Shown: positions 8,995 through 21,262 of the stretch, one piece after another
Numbering within the stretch: position 1 is the stretch's first letter
How the letters are laid out: the number at the start of each line of letters is the position of its first letter
NCBI GenBank assembly: GCA_963668175.1
Contig: OY764159.1
Coordinates: forward strand, 1,248,001 to 1,312,000
Direction of reading: 5' to 3'
Source: Syntrophales bacterium
GTDB taxonomy: Bacteria > Desulfobacterota > Syntrophia > Syntrophales > PHBD01
DNA: 64,000 nucleotides
Notes under the pieces: model-generated
The model's database searches: none
Told to the model about the DNA's origin: nothing
The model's input: only the letters and a program-made list of their open reading frames with translations
Made by a program: the position numbers and the translations under genes

Positions 8995-10581
8995 TCAGGA
9001 CGCTTCGGCCTGTACGGAAACGTTGCCTCCGACTGCCGCAACGGGACCTTTTGCAGGCCGTGCCAGGTCGGGGTGCAGGGCCTCCGCCAGATTGCCTTCT
9101 CCGTCGGTGAGCATCGTCGGGAGAAAATAACGGCTGAATCGGGAATCGACCCTGAATGCCGGCCGGTAGGTGGCATCGAGCGATTCCGTGGTGGCGACGT
9201 GCGTCCGCGGCGTCCTTCCCAGATTTCGGAGGGATATGCGGCCGTAGTCCGGCCTGGCCGTCGCCAGGGTGGGTGTGCAGAGCAGAAGGCCGTTGTGCAG
9301 GGCCAGCACCATGTGCCAGAAGGCGAGATTTTTCCTGTTGCGGATATAGAATCGGACACTGTGCTTCAACACTTTCCGGCGGAACCCGATCAGACCCTGG
9401 AGATCCCGGACGAAACGGAGCACCTCCGGCATGGGATCGAGGGGCTTCAACGTGATTGCCGTCGAATCGAGATCGCGGATCTTGACGTCGGGTAAAAGCA
9501 GCCCCTTGTCGAGGCACTCATAGAAGAAGGGTGTTTTAAGGATCGGAATGGCAAGCGAAATGTAGCTGGGGAGGGTCATCCGGGGATTTGAGACCATGAA
9601 TTCGATTTCCCTTCGCAAGTCGGCGATCCTGCGCGAGGCGATGTCGTAGACCATGCCGTAATAGAACGTGATGTGCGCCTCCAGGCACCGGCGGATGGTG
9701 TCGGGCTGTGAGCGGCGCATATTCTGATACTTCTGGAAACCGGCCAGGGCGTCGCGGTCGAAGGATTCGACGCCCGCAAAGAGCGACAGGCATCCCGTCT
9801 CGTGCGCCCGGCGGAGATTTTCCTCGTCGTGGAGAAAGTCGCTCGAAACCAGGGCGCACCAGTACCAGAAGTAGCCCCTTTCGTGCATTTCCTGCAGAAG
9901 ATCGAACCTGTCACGGATGAATTTCTTGTCGGCGCTGCCAAAATTATTGTCCAGAAAGACGATGACCCTCCGTTTGCCCAGGGCCAGGAACTGGCGGCGG
10001 AGGTACTCGATATCGTAGGCGCGGTAAGCTCCCTTTTCGGCGGTCAGTGAGCAGAAGGTGCATCGGTTGTAGCAATTCCTGCTCGATTCCACGTAACCGG
10101 GGCTCCTGATCCAGTACACGAGATCGAAGCGGGGGACGGCCCAGCCGTCCCGAAGGAACTGTTCCGACACGTAGGGCTTGCCGAAGGCATCTTCGATAAC
10201 CTCCTGAAGCTGTTCGACATCCCCCGTGCAGGAAAAATCGAAAAACAGCCTTGAGTAGTGAAAAAGGGCCCGGACGGCGGGACCGCCGGCGACGACGATG
10301 ACCTCTGGATTGACGGATCGAGCATACGCCGTCAGGTGGAGCATCCGGTCGAAGGCGGTGTTGAGACCGGTGAGGACGAGCATGTGGGGCCATGCCAGCA
10401 TCGGTCCGGATTCGAGCGGCCCGCTGTACTGCTCATTATAAAGACGAATGTCGCAGAGTTTGCGGGAAAACATCCCGGCCAGAAAGGCGGGCGTCATGGC
10501 CTGGGGGATCTTCGACCGGCGGCGGATGGGCAGGCGGAGTTCATCGAAGTAGCAGTTGACGATAAGGACTCGCTTCTTCAT
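8995..10581 (-). CDS. radical SAM protein with N-terminal B12-binding-like domain
   Basis: CYNRCTFC (CxxxCxxC), VVAGGP, FLDNNF, GVES; GAGGGGG RBS. Confidence 0.85.
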   Translation of the reverse strand: MKKRVLIVNCYFDELRLPIRRRSKIPQAMTPAFLAGMFSRKLCDIRLYNEQYSGPLESGPMLAWPHMLVLTGLNTAFDRMLHLTAYARSVNPEVIVVAGGPAVRALFHYSRLFFDFSCTGDVEQLQEVIEDAFGKPYVSEQFLRDGWAVPRFDLVYWIRSPGYVESSRNCYNRCTFCSLTAEKGAYRAYDIEYLRRQFLALGKRRVIVFLDNNFGSADKKFIRDRFDLLQEMHERGYFWYWCALVSSDFLHDEENLRRAHETGCLSLFAGVESFDRDALAGFQKYQNMRRSQPDTIRRCLEAHITFYYGMVYDIASRRIADLRREIEFMVSNPRMTLPSYISLAIPILKTPFFYECLDKGLLLPDVKIRDLDSTAITLKPLDPMPEVLRFVRDLQGLIGFRRKVLKHSVRFYIRNRKNLAFWHMVLALHNGLLLCTPTLATARPDYGRISLRNLGRTPRTHVATTESLDATYRPAFRVDSRFSRYFLPTMLTDGEGNLAEALHPDLARPAKGPVAAVGGNVSVQAEAS

Positions 10582-10892
10582 TGCCCCCTCTTGCCGTTGG
10601 TTATTGGTCGAACCGTTGAAAACGATAACGATGCGGTATGGTGGGGTCGTCCTCAGAGATTACGGTGACGTATCCATAACGCAGAATCGCTGAGAATGCA
10701 ACCGTATTATGTATGTTTTATATAATGAGAATATCCATAGCGGACGGTACGGAAACGGAAATGAACGGTTCCCGCTGGAATTTTAAGCGAATGGGCAGGG
10801 AGGCGACTGTTTGCGCAACGGTGCCGCAACAGTGCGGTTCCCGGCTTTTAAACGCCGGACAGGTTGCATCGGCGGGTTTGAATAAGACCGGC

Positions 10893-11066
10893 TTAAGATC
10901 GGTAATCGCAATCTTCGGTCGATTTGTTGATCACATGATCGACAAATCGCGCAAAACGGAAGCAGTGGTCGAGACCGCTTTGGCGGTCGTTTTCATAATA
11001 GAGGCATCCCGTGCAGCGAGGCTCCGCCGCGGCCGGAACGGTGTGCTGATCGGTTGCTCGATTCAT
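10893..11066 (-). CDS. 57-aa hypothetical four-Cys protein
   Basis: GAGGAGGG RBS before ATG 11066; CTGC...C...C pattern. Confidence 0.5.
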   Translation of the reverse strand: MNRATDQHTVPAAAEPRCTGCLYYENDRQSGLDHCFRFARFVDHVINKSTEDCDYRS

Positions 11067-11280
11067 GGTGCCCTCCTCTTCGTTCATATCGCAATAGTTT
11101 TATATGCCTTTATATTTAGCATGCAAAATATATGCATGTCAAGCAAATGAATCAAAGGCACAACTCTCATGAAGCGGAAGGCGGCGCGGTTGCCCCCTTG
11201 GCGGGACCCACTCCTCTGCGGTCTGATGAAAACCTGGAGCCGGCAGAACGCGTTCTACGGCACCCGGTGCGTACGCGTCG

Positions 11281-12444
11281 TTACCGGCACAACGTAAGGA
11301 TTTCCGCAATGACGTCCGGGGTGTACGCCTTCAAGCCCCATACCTGGGCAAGGGCATGGGCATTGTCCGCGATCTTCCCGATGTCCACGGCGGGGATGTT
11401 CCCTTCCGCAAGTGTCGTCGGGCTGCCGATGTTTTTGAACCAGGCCTTCAAAGCGGTAATCCCCTCCAGGGCCGCCCTGTTCTGGTCCTGGTCCGTCACC
11501 TGGAAGATTTGACGCGCGAAGTGGGCGAAGCGTGCCGGGTTTTTCCGGGAGGCGTAGAGCATCCAGCCGGGAAGGACGATGGATAATCCGGCGCCGTGGG
11601 CGATATCGAACAGGGCGCTCAGGGAGTGCTCGATCATGTGGGCGGGGAAGCCGGTTATCCCCATGCCGGCCGTGGTCAGGCCGTTGAACGCCAGGGTCGT
11701 CGCCCACATCATGTTGGCGCGGGCGTTGTAATCGCCGGGGTTCTGAAGGATGGTTTCGGTGCTTTCCATGACGGTCTTCATGAACCCTTCGACAAGCCTG
11801 TCCTGCAGGGGACTAAAGGGTTCCGTGTTGTTGAAGTACCCTTCGAGCATATGGGTGATGGCGTCGACGGCGCTGTAGGCGCTGTAGTCGCGGCTGAGGG
11901 AGTACAGGACCGTTGGGTCCATGATGGATGTCTTGGGCTGAATGAAAGGGGAGCGGATGCTGAATTTGCAGCAGCCGTCCTCGTTCGTGATAACGGCTGC
12001 GGCATTCATTTCCGAGGCGCTCGCCGATAACGTGAGGACCACCAGGACCGGCAGGGCGTCCTTGATGATTTTCTTATAGGTGAAGAACTCCCAGACGTCG
12101 TGATCGACCTTGACGCCCGCGGCGATGGTCTTGGCCGTATCGATGACGCTGCCGCCGCCGACGGCGAGAACGACGTCCGCCTTCTCCTTGCGGGCAAGCT
12201 CGATACCTTTCACGACCGTGGAAAGGACCGGGTTCGACTTGACCCCCGCAAGCTCGACAAACGTTACGCCCGCCTCGTTAAGCGATGCGATGACCTGGTC
12301 GTATATGCCGTTCTTCTTGATGCTCTCTTTGCCGTATACGAGGAGTACCTTATTGCCGAACCTCCGGACTTCCGGGCCGATCTTCTTGATTTGTCCCTGG
12401 CCGAAGATGATTTTGGTCGTGTTCTCAAAGACGAAATTCTGCAT
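11281..12444 (-). CDS. iron-containing alcohol dehydrogenase (butanol dehydrogenase/YqhD-like)
   Basis: AVGGGSVID, DAITHMLEGY, HMIEHSLSA, HGAGL. Confidence 0.92.
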   Translation of the reverse strand: MQNFVFENTTKIIFGQGQIKKIGPEVRRFGNKVLLVYGKESIKKNGIYDQVIASLNEAGVTFVELAGVKSNPVLSTVVKGIELARKEKADVVLAVGGGSVIDTAKTIAAGVKVDHDVWEFFTYKKIIKDALPVLVVLTLSASASEMNAAAVITNEDGCCKFSIRSPFIQPKTSIMDPTVLYSLSRDYSAYSAVDAITHMLEGYFNNTEPFSPLQDRLVEGFMKTVMESTETILQNPGDYNARANMMWATTLAFNGLTTAGMGITGFPAHMIEHSLSALFDIAHGAGLSIVLPGWMLYASRKNPARFAHFARQIFQVTDQDQNRAALEGITALKAWFKNIGSPTTLAEGNIPAVDIGKIADNAHALAQVWGLKAYTPDVIAEILTLCR

Positions 12445-12509
12445 GACGTTCCCCCTGAAAGGTTGATGGATATAGGTTACGGATTATGCAAGGATATGTC
12501 CGTTCAACG

Positions 12510-12538
12510 GATATACATGAGGAGCCGGGCGTTGTCAA
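12510..12538 (-). promoter_or_regulatory. putative sigma70 promoter for the alcohol dehydrogenase
   Basis: Minus strand TTGACA-N17-TATATC. Confidence 0.5.
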
Positions 12539-12556
12539 TATGGGCTAAAAGGCATT

Positions 12557-12585
12557 TTGACAGATGCAGGCCGCTGTAGTATGAG
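12557..12585 (+). promoter_or_regulatory. putative sigma70 promoter for azlCD
   Basis: TTGACA-N17-TATGAG, ending 9 nt before ATG 12595. Confidence 0.45.
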
Positions 12586-12594
12586 AATCGCACC

Positions 12595-13338
12595 ATGGAA
12601 GATGAGAGTTCGGAAGACAAGGGCGGAAAGAAGGGTTGGCCGTCGGCGGTGGCGGACGGCCTGGTGGCCGCCTGGCCGATATGCCTGGGGTATTTCCCCG
12701 CCGGCGCGGCCATCGGGGTCCTGGCCCAGAAAGTGGGACTCCACCCTCTGGAGATCGGCCTGATGTCGCTTATGGTCTTTGCCGGCAGCGGACAGTTCAT
12801 CGCCGTCTCCATGATCGGCGCGGGCGCAACGGTTATCTCCGTCATTGTCACCACGTTTATCGTCAACTTGCGTCACCTGCTGATGAGTTCCTCCCTGTCG
12901 GTCCATCTTAAGGGCACCGGCAACGGCTGGCTGCTTCTCTACGGCTACGGCATTACCGACGAGACATTTGCCGTGAATCTCAACCGTTTCCGGGACGGCG
13001 GCTGGGATTGGCGGCGGGCGCTGGTCGTAAACGTCACGGCCGCCTCCGCCTGGATCGGCAGCAATATTGCGGGCTGCTATGGAGCGCAGTTCATCCCCCC
13101 GAAGGCTTTCGGGATCGATTATGCGATGACGGGCATGTTCATCTGCCTTCTCGTTCTGCAGCTCCGGGGGGCCCTCTACATCGCCGTGGCCCTTCTCGCC
13201 GGCATCCTGGCCGTAGCCGTAGCCATGGTCCTGCCGGGCAACGCCTATATCGTCATCGCCTCCGTCGCCGCGGCAACGATCGGTGTCTTCCTCCGGAACA
13301 GCAAAGTATTTGCAGCGCGGGACGGCGGCGAACCATGA
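12595..13338 (+). CDS. azlC: AzlC-family branched-chain amino acid exporter, large subunit
   Basis: PICLGY, FAGSGQF, VNLRHLLMS, ITDETFAV; multiple TM helices. Confidence 0.9.
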   Translation: MEDESSEDKGGKKGWPSAVADGLVAAWPICLGYFPAGAAIGVLAQKVGLHPLEIGLMSLMVFAGSGQFIAVSMIGAGATVISVIVTTFIVNLRHLLMSSSLSVHLKGTGNGWLLLYGYGITDETFAVNLNRFRDGGWDWRRALVVNVTAASAWIGSNIAGCYGAQFIPPKAFGIDYAMTGMFICLLVLQLRGALYIAVALLAGILAVAVAMVLPGNAYIVIASVAAATIGVFLRNSKVFAARDGGEP

Positions 13339-13658
13339 TGAAGCCGGATTTTCTCATTATGGTCGCCGGTATGGCTATCGTAAGCTATCTCCCCCGCTGG
13401 CTTCCCCTGGTGCTCCTGACGCGGCGGCAGCTGCCCCGCTGGCTCGTCGAATGGCTGGACCTGATACCGGCGGCGATCATGAGCGCCCTGGTCTTCCCCG
13501 CCTTGTTCACGGACGGCGACCCCCGCCACCTGGAATGGTTCCGGCCGCACATATTCGCCGCCCTGCCGACGTTTGTCTTCGCGCTTTTCACCAAATCGCT
13601 GGGCGGAACGATCGTCGTCGGGATGGCCTTCTTCTGGCTCATCGAAAAGTTCGTATAA
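13335..13658 (+). CDS. azlD: AzlD-family exporter, small subunit
   Basis: ATGA overlap with azlC; GMAIVSYLPRWLP, IPAAIMSAL, TKSLGGTIVVG. Confidence 0.88.
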   Translation: MMKPDFLIMVAGMAIVSYLPRWLPLVLLTRRQLPRWLVEWLDLIPAAIMSALVFPALFTDGDPRHLEWFRPHIFAALPTFVFALFTKSLGGTIVVGMAFFWLIEKFV

Positions 13659-13823
13659 GGCGCCCGGCCTTCCACTTAAAGCCTTTACCAATACCCGAAA
13701 GTCCGGCCGCCGGATCCGGTCGTCCGCCCGTGGAAATCGGGAGAGTCGTTTTCCGTACCCTGTTTCAGCCTCTGCGGCCCTTTCTTTAAGGTATTTTTTT
13801 TACTGAATAAACGATTTATCCAG

Positions 13824-13852
13824 TTGACACGGACCTGTCATATCGGTATAAG
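13824..13852 (+). promoter_or_regulatory. putative sigma70 promoter for the carboxylase operon
   Basis: TTGACA-N17-TATAAG. Confidence 0.55.
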
Positions 13853-13971
13853 GGCGGATGCAAAAATCGGCCCTTGCGGGGGTCGGGGGTAACAGGCTGA
13901 TTGTCCAACATATTTTTAAGATGCAGAGCCGTCGCTAGTGTGGTGAGGGTGGAAGATCTGAAAGGAGCAAC

Positions 13972-15432
13972 ATGGCGGTCAAGGAACAGAAAATCGAAAA
14001 AGTTCTGATAGCGAATCGAGGAGAGATTGCCCTGCGCATCATCCGGGCAGTCAAGGAACTGGGTATGAAAGCCGTTGCGGTTTACGAAACGCCGGACAAC
14101 GATGCGTATTATATCCGTCTGGCCGACGATGCCGTTCTCATCGGCGACGGTCCCCGAAAAGACTATCTCGATATAGGTAAGATCATCTGGGCGGCCCGGA
14201 AAAGCGGTGCCGATGCCATTCATCCCGGGTACGGCTTCCTGGCGGAGAATGCGGACCTTTCGGCCGAGTGCGAGAAGGCGGGCATTATCTTCATCGGCCC
14301 CCCGCCGCAGGTCATTCGCGATCTCGGCAACAAGGTCGTAGCCAGAGGCATCATGGAGAAGGCGGGAATCCCCTTTATCCCGGGAACGTCGGATCTCAAG
14401 CGCGGCGAGGCGGGAATCAACGAGGCCATCGCCTTCGGTAAAAAATTCGGCTATCCCATCATGCTCAAGGCATCGGCGGGAGGCGGCGGCCGGGGAATCC
14501 GGAAGGTCGTGAGCGAGTCGGATCTCCTCATGCAGCTGCCTTTGGCCAGGGCAGAGACGCTTTCCTGCTTCAACGATGAAAACATCTATGTGGAGAAGTG
14601 CATCGAAGCGCCGCGGCATGTGGAAGTGCAGATCCTTGCGGATAAGCACGGGAACGTCATTCATCTCGGGACGCGGGATTGCTCCATCCAGCGCCGGCAT
14701 CAGAAGCTCCTGGAGATCGCCCCGGCGGACCTGCCGGGTGACGTGCTTACCGCCATGTGCGATTGCGCCGTGCGCGCCTCGAAAGAGTCGGGTTACGTCA
14801 ATGCCGGTACCGTCGAGTTCCTGGTCGATTCCAGGACCAACGAATTCTGGTTCATGGAGATGAACACCCGGCTGCAGGTGGAGCATACGGTCACGGAAGA
14901 ACTGAGCGGTGTCGACATCGTCCGCGAACAGGTGAAGATCGCCGAGGGATGCCGCTTGTCCATCCCGCCCATCAAAGGGCAGCTTGCCGGCAAGGCCATC
15001 CAGGTCAGGATCAATGCCGAAGACCCGAAGAACAATTTCATGCCCGAAGGCGGAAAACGCCTTGAAGTGTATCAATCCCCGGGTGGGCCCGGCGTGCGTC
15101 TGGACGGCGTCGTCTATCAGGGTTACAGAATACCAACCGAATACGATTCGCTGATGGTTAAATTGACAGTGCGAGGTTATAATTGGGAACAGACGATCCA
15201 GAGGCTGAAGAGGGCGCTGAACGGCTTCTTGATCGTCGGCCTGAAGACGACGATACCCTTCTATCTTGCCATCTGCGACGATCCCGATTTCAAGGCCGGT
15301 ACGTTCGATACCGGCTACATCGAAAAGCATCCCCAGTTGTTCGATTACGAAGAACCCGAACGGGAAGTTGCCAAGCTTGCGGATTTGATCGCAGAGATTC
15401 ACGCGCGGAAGGTGAATCCCTACGCCGCCTGA
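13972..15432 (+). CDS. pycA: biotin carboxylase subunit (pyruvate carboxylase subunit A-like)
   Basis: ANRGEIA, HPGYGFLAEN, GGGGRG, RDCSIQRRHQK, EMNTRLQVEH, YDS. Confidence 0.9.
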   Translation: MAVKEQKIEKVLIANRGEIALRIIRAVKELGMKAVAVYETPDNDAYYIRLADDAVLIGDGPRKDYLDIGKIIWAARKSGADAIHPGYGFLAENADLSAECEKAGIIFIGPPPQVIRDLGNKVVARGIMEKAGIPFIPGTSDLKRGEAGINEAIAFGKKFGYPIMLKASAGGGGRGIRKVVSESDLLMQLPLARAETLSCFNDENIYVEKCIEAPRHVEVQILADKHGNVIHLGTRDCSIQRRHQKLLEIAPADLPGDVLTAMCDCAVRASKESGYVNAGTVEFLVDSRTNEFWFMEMNTRLQVEHTVTEELSGVDIVREQVKIAEGCRLSIPPIKGQLAGKAIQVRINAEDPKNNFMPEGGKRLEVYQSPGGPGVRLDGVVYQGYRIPTEYDSLMVKLTVRGYNWEQTIQRLKRALNGFLIVGLKTTIPFYLAICDDPDFKAGTFDTGYIEKHPQLFDYEEPEREVAKLADLIAEIHARKVNPYAA

Positions 15433-15522
15433 TCTTTCGATTCGAGAGGACAGGACGGCGGCAAGCGGGATCAGGTGATCATGCCTCAACCGTACGGTTG
15501 ATTGACATAAAAAGGGTACTTT

Positions 15523-17463
15523 ATGAAAATTTCAGCACAGACAATTGCGGAAAGAATTACGCCGAAGGATTTGAAGGAGAAAGGCGTTCGCTACGTCCTC
15601 GACAAGATCCGCCGGACCAAAGACTACTACATCACCAATACGGAAAGGGATGGCTCCCAATCCGATTTCAAGAATCGCATCATGCCCCATACGCAGCTTC
15701 TGGTCGCCCAGGAGCGAAATGCCGCCGGGTTCTTTTCTCTGGAGATCACCGGCGGGGCCTCTATCCATGTGGATATGCTGCGCAAGCAGATCAATCCCCT
15801 GGAGAAGCTGCAGATCCTGGAGGCGAAGATGCCGGACACGATGTTTCAGACGCTTTGCCGCGGCATCAACCTGTTCGGTTACCGGCCCTATCCGGAAAAC
15901 GTCGTCAGGGAAACGGTGCGAAGCTTTGCCCGGTACGTACATATATGGCGCGTTTTCGACTTTCTGAACCATATCCCGAATATGGTCGCCGTATTCGAGG
16001 AAGTGAAGGCCGCCGGCTGCATCCTTCAGCCGTCCATCTGCTTCTCGACCGGCCCCGAACATACGGATGAGTTCTATGTGAAGAAAGTTGGCCAGATTCT
16101 CGATGTTACGGGGGAAGACATCATCCTTTGCATCAAGAACCACGGCGGCCTGGGAACGCCGAGAAGAATGGGCGAGCTTGTCAGGGCCATCATTGCGAAG
16201 TATCCGGACATGATCATTCAATACCACGGCCACAACACCGACGGTTCCGACACGGGCCGGATCGTGGAATCGGTCAAAAACGGTGCCAAGATCATTGATG
16301 CGAGCGACCATGCCTTTTCCGGCTTTTACGGTCCCCCGCCCCTCCTCAACGTCATCGACGTCCTCGATGATCTCGGCTACCATGCCGCGGGTCTCGACCG
16401 CCAAGCGGTTATCGACACGTCGAACAAACTGCGGCCGGAGAGAGAGTACTACAAGGATTTTGAGTCCCAGTTCATGGGATTCGATCCTACCGTCCAGATC
16501 CACAAGCTTCCGGGCGGCGCCACGGGATCGAGCTTCGAACAGGCGGTCAAGGGCGGCTTCCTGCATCTGATGCCCCATATCCTCCAGAATGAGCTGCCGC
16601 GCGTGCAGATCGAACTGGGAAACTGGTGGAGCGTCACACCGGGTTCGCAGATATTGTGGACGACGGCCGTCAACAACGTCCTCAAGGGTGTCCGTTATAA
16701 GGATGCCAGCGACGACCTGAAAAATGTCATGCTGGGGAGATACGGAGATTTCCCGTTCTACCGCCCGGCGGACGACGTCTATAAGGCCGTGTTCGGACCC
16801 GACTGGAAGAAGATCGTCGAATGCGATACCTGCTATCAGAAAATCGAGGATATCGACCTCGACGTGGAAAAAAAGGTCCTGGAGAAACGGCTGGGTCGGT
16901 TGGCCACGGACGACGAACTGGTCCTTTACCTGCAGCACCCCAACGATGCCGTCGAATTTTTCAAGTTTGAAGCCAAATACGGCAAGACCTGGGTCCTCTC
17001 GCCGAAAATCTGGTTCCGGAAAGGCGGCTTCGGGCTGGGAGACAAGTTCGATTTTGCCGACGCTTACGGACGCCAGCATACCATCGAGATCGGTCCGCAG
17101 CGCAAAACCAAGACGGGCGATACCGTGACCTACATGGTGATCGACCACCATCCCGAACCGGTACTGACGCAGATCCAGGAAGAGAGCGGCGACCAGAAGA
17201 GAAAAATCAGCCTGAGCAGCAAGCAGATCGACGACCTTTCCAAACAGGGCGACATACGTTCCCAGATCATCGGGACCGTCAACGAGGTTGCGGTGAAGGA
17301 GGGGGACGAAGTGGCGATCGGACAGGTCCTCGTCGTTCTGGAAGCCATGAAGATGCTCAATAATATCCTCTCCGAAGTCAGCGGGAAGGTGAAAGAAGTC
17401 TTTGTGTCGCCTGGGGATAAGGTCGATGCGGGCGATCCCCTTCTTTCGATCAGCGTGGAATGA
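15523..17463 (+). CDS. pycB: carboxyltransferase + biotin carrier subunit (pyruvate carboxylase subunit B-like)
   Basis: RDGSQS, RGINLFGYRPYP, FDFLN, HGH, LPGG, VTPGSQ; C-terminal EAMKM biotin site. Confidence 0.8.
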   Translation: MKISAQTIAERITPKDLKEKGVRYVLDKIRRTKDYYITNTERDGSQSDFKNRIMPHTQLLVAQERNAAGFFSLEITGGASIHVDMLRKQINPLEKLQILEAKMPDTMFQTLCRGINLFGYRPYPENVVRETVRSFARYVHIWRVFDFLNHIPNMVAVFEEVKAAGCILQPSICFSTGPEHTDEFYVKKVGQILDVTGEDIILCIKNHGGLGTPRRMGELVRAIIAKYPDMIIQYHGHNTDGSDTGRIVESVKNGAKIIDASDHAFSGFYGPPPLLNVIDVLDDLGYHAAGLDRQAVIDTSNKLRPEREYYKDFESQFMGFDPTVQIHKLPGGATGSSFEQAVKGGFLHLMPHILQNELPRVQIELGNWWSVTPGSQILWTTAVNNVLKGVRYKDASDDLKNVMLGRYGDFPFYRPADDVYKAVFGPDWKKIVECDTCYQKIEDIDLDVEKKVLEKRLGRLATDDELVLYLQHPNDAVEFFKFEAKYGKTWVLSPKIWFRKGGFGLGDKFDFADAYGRQHTIEIGPQRKTKTGDTVTYMVIDHHPEPVLTQIQEESGDQKRKISLSSKQIDDLSKQGDIRSQIIGTVNEVAVKEGDEVAIGQVLVVLEAMKMLNNILSEVSGKVKEVFVSPGDKVDAGDPLLSISVE

Positions 17464-17472
17464 AAGACAATG

Positions 17473-17503
17473 GCCGGTCCCGGGAAAGGCTTCCGGGACC
17501 GGC
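17473..17503 (+). terminator. GC-rich hairpin after pycB
   Basis: GCCGGTCCCGG ... CCGGGACCGGC inverted repeat; no U-tract. Confidence 0.4.
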
Positions 17504-17708
17504 ATCTGCCCCCGGATAAAAGGATGCTTGACATAATTAGTAAATTATGAATATACACTATATATAAGTAGTAATCGTCCCTCGTAGCCAGTTCAATAAC
17601 TCATCACCGTGGACAGTGGAAGTTGGTGTCGGTGAACTTGCATTGTGTCTCATTCAAGGAATGATTGCCGGAAACCTGAGCTAATTCAGACACAACAGGA
17701 ACAAGGAT

Positions 17709-18614
17709 ATGCCGGATGATTTTTACACACTGATCGTCGTGCCCAGCGACGGCGCGTCAGTCAGGAAACTCAGTCTTTCCGTGAAGTCGCTTCTTCGCCT
17801 TGCCGCGTCTGCAGGTGTCGTCCTTCTGGTGACGGGATACTTGGCCTACGACTATATCGATATCCAGCGGGAAAAGTTTGAGCTGGCCCGCTTAAGGCAA
17901 CAGACGAAGGAGCAGAAGACACAGATTGACGGCCTCGTGGCCAAAGTCGATCAGTTCGGTTCCAAAATGGAAGAATTGCGTCAGATCGACAAAAAAATAA
18001 GGATTATCGCGAATCTCGAAAACAGGAAAGACAGGGAGCAACTCCTGGGGATCGGCGGGCCGGTCGACGCGGAAAGCCGAATGAATGCCAGGATGAGCAG
18101 CGACAGCAAGGCCCTCATCGAAAGCATCGACAAGAACGTCGAACAGCTGAGCCAGGATGCAACCAAGCAGGAAAAGAGCTTCACCGAACTTCTGGAGTTC
18201 CTCAAGAAACAGAAATCGATTATGGCCTCGACGCCGTCCATCTGGCCGGCCATGGGGTGGATCACCTCGGAGTTCGGCAACAGGATATCGCCCTTCACAA
18301 GTTCGCGGGAATTTCACGCCGGTATCGACATCGCGACGAGAGTCGGCAATCCCGTGAAGGCCCCCGCCGACGGTGTCGTCGCCGAAGCCGGGTACCAAAG
18401 CAGCATGGGAAACAGCATCAGGATAGAGCACGGTCATGGGTTGTCAACTTGGTATGGCCATCTCTCGAAGATTGCCGTTTCTGCGGGAAGCAGCGTTAAA
18501 AGGGGCGACGTGATCGGTTACGTGGGAACTTCGGGCCGCAGCACGGGCTCCCACTTGCATTACGGCGTATACATCAACAATGTCGCGGTCAATCCGCGGC
18601 GGTATCTCAATTGA
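17709..18614 (+). CDS. M23 family metallopeptidase with N-terminal TM and coiled coil
   Basis: HAGID, YGHLS, STGSHLHY; usual position upstream of secA. Confidence 0.9.
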   Translation: MPDDFYTLIVVPSDGASVRKLSLSVKSLLRLAASAGVVLLVTGYLAYDYIDIQREKFELARLRQQTKEQKTQIDGLVAKVDQFGSKMEELRQIDKKIRIIANLENRKDREQLLGIGGPVDAESRMNARMSSDSKALIESIDKNVEQLSQDATKQEKSFTELLEFLKKQKSIMASTPSIWPAMGWITSEFGNRISPFTSSREFHAGIDIATRVGNPVKAPADGVVAEAGYQSSMGNSIRIEHGHGLSTWYGHLSKIAVSAGSSVKRGDVIGYVGTSGRSTGSHLHYGVYINNVAVNPRRYLN

Positions 18615-18701
18615 CCAGGATACGCCGGCTTCTTTAAAGGAATCGTTACCGTTTCAACGGCACCGGTAAATTATTACCGGTTTTTTTTTAGGGGATCACT
18701 T

Positions 18702-21227
<2,526 letters not shown>

Positions 21228-21262
21228 TGCCGCGAATTGACCGCAAAAAAGTGTGAGAAACC

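Noticed and set aside
10582..10892. Cobalamin riboswitch upstream of the B12-domain radical SAM gene
   Set aside because: Only a repeated CGGGAACCG is present on the minus strand; the B12 box and GCCACUG/CCCGCAACUG core are absent.
13816..17505. Long antisense ORFs (13816-15489, 15532-17505; likewise 27439-29253, 42959-44521, 50476-52053, 54437-55951, 7089-8465)
   Set aside because: They are shadow frames opposite well-supported genes, expected with GC-rich codon bias, and show no recognisable motifs.
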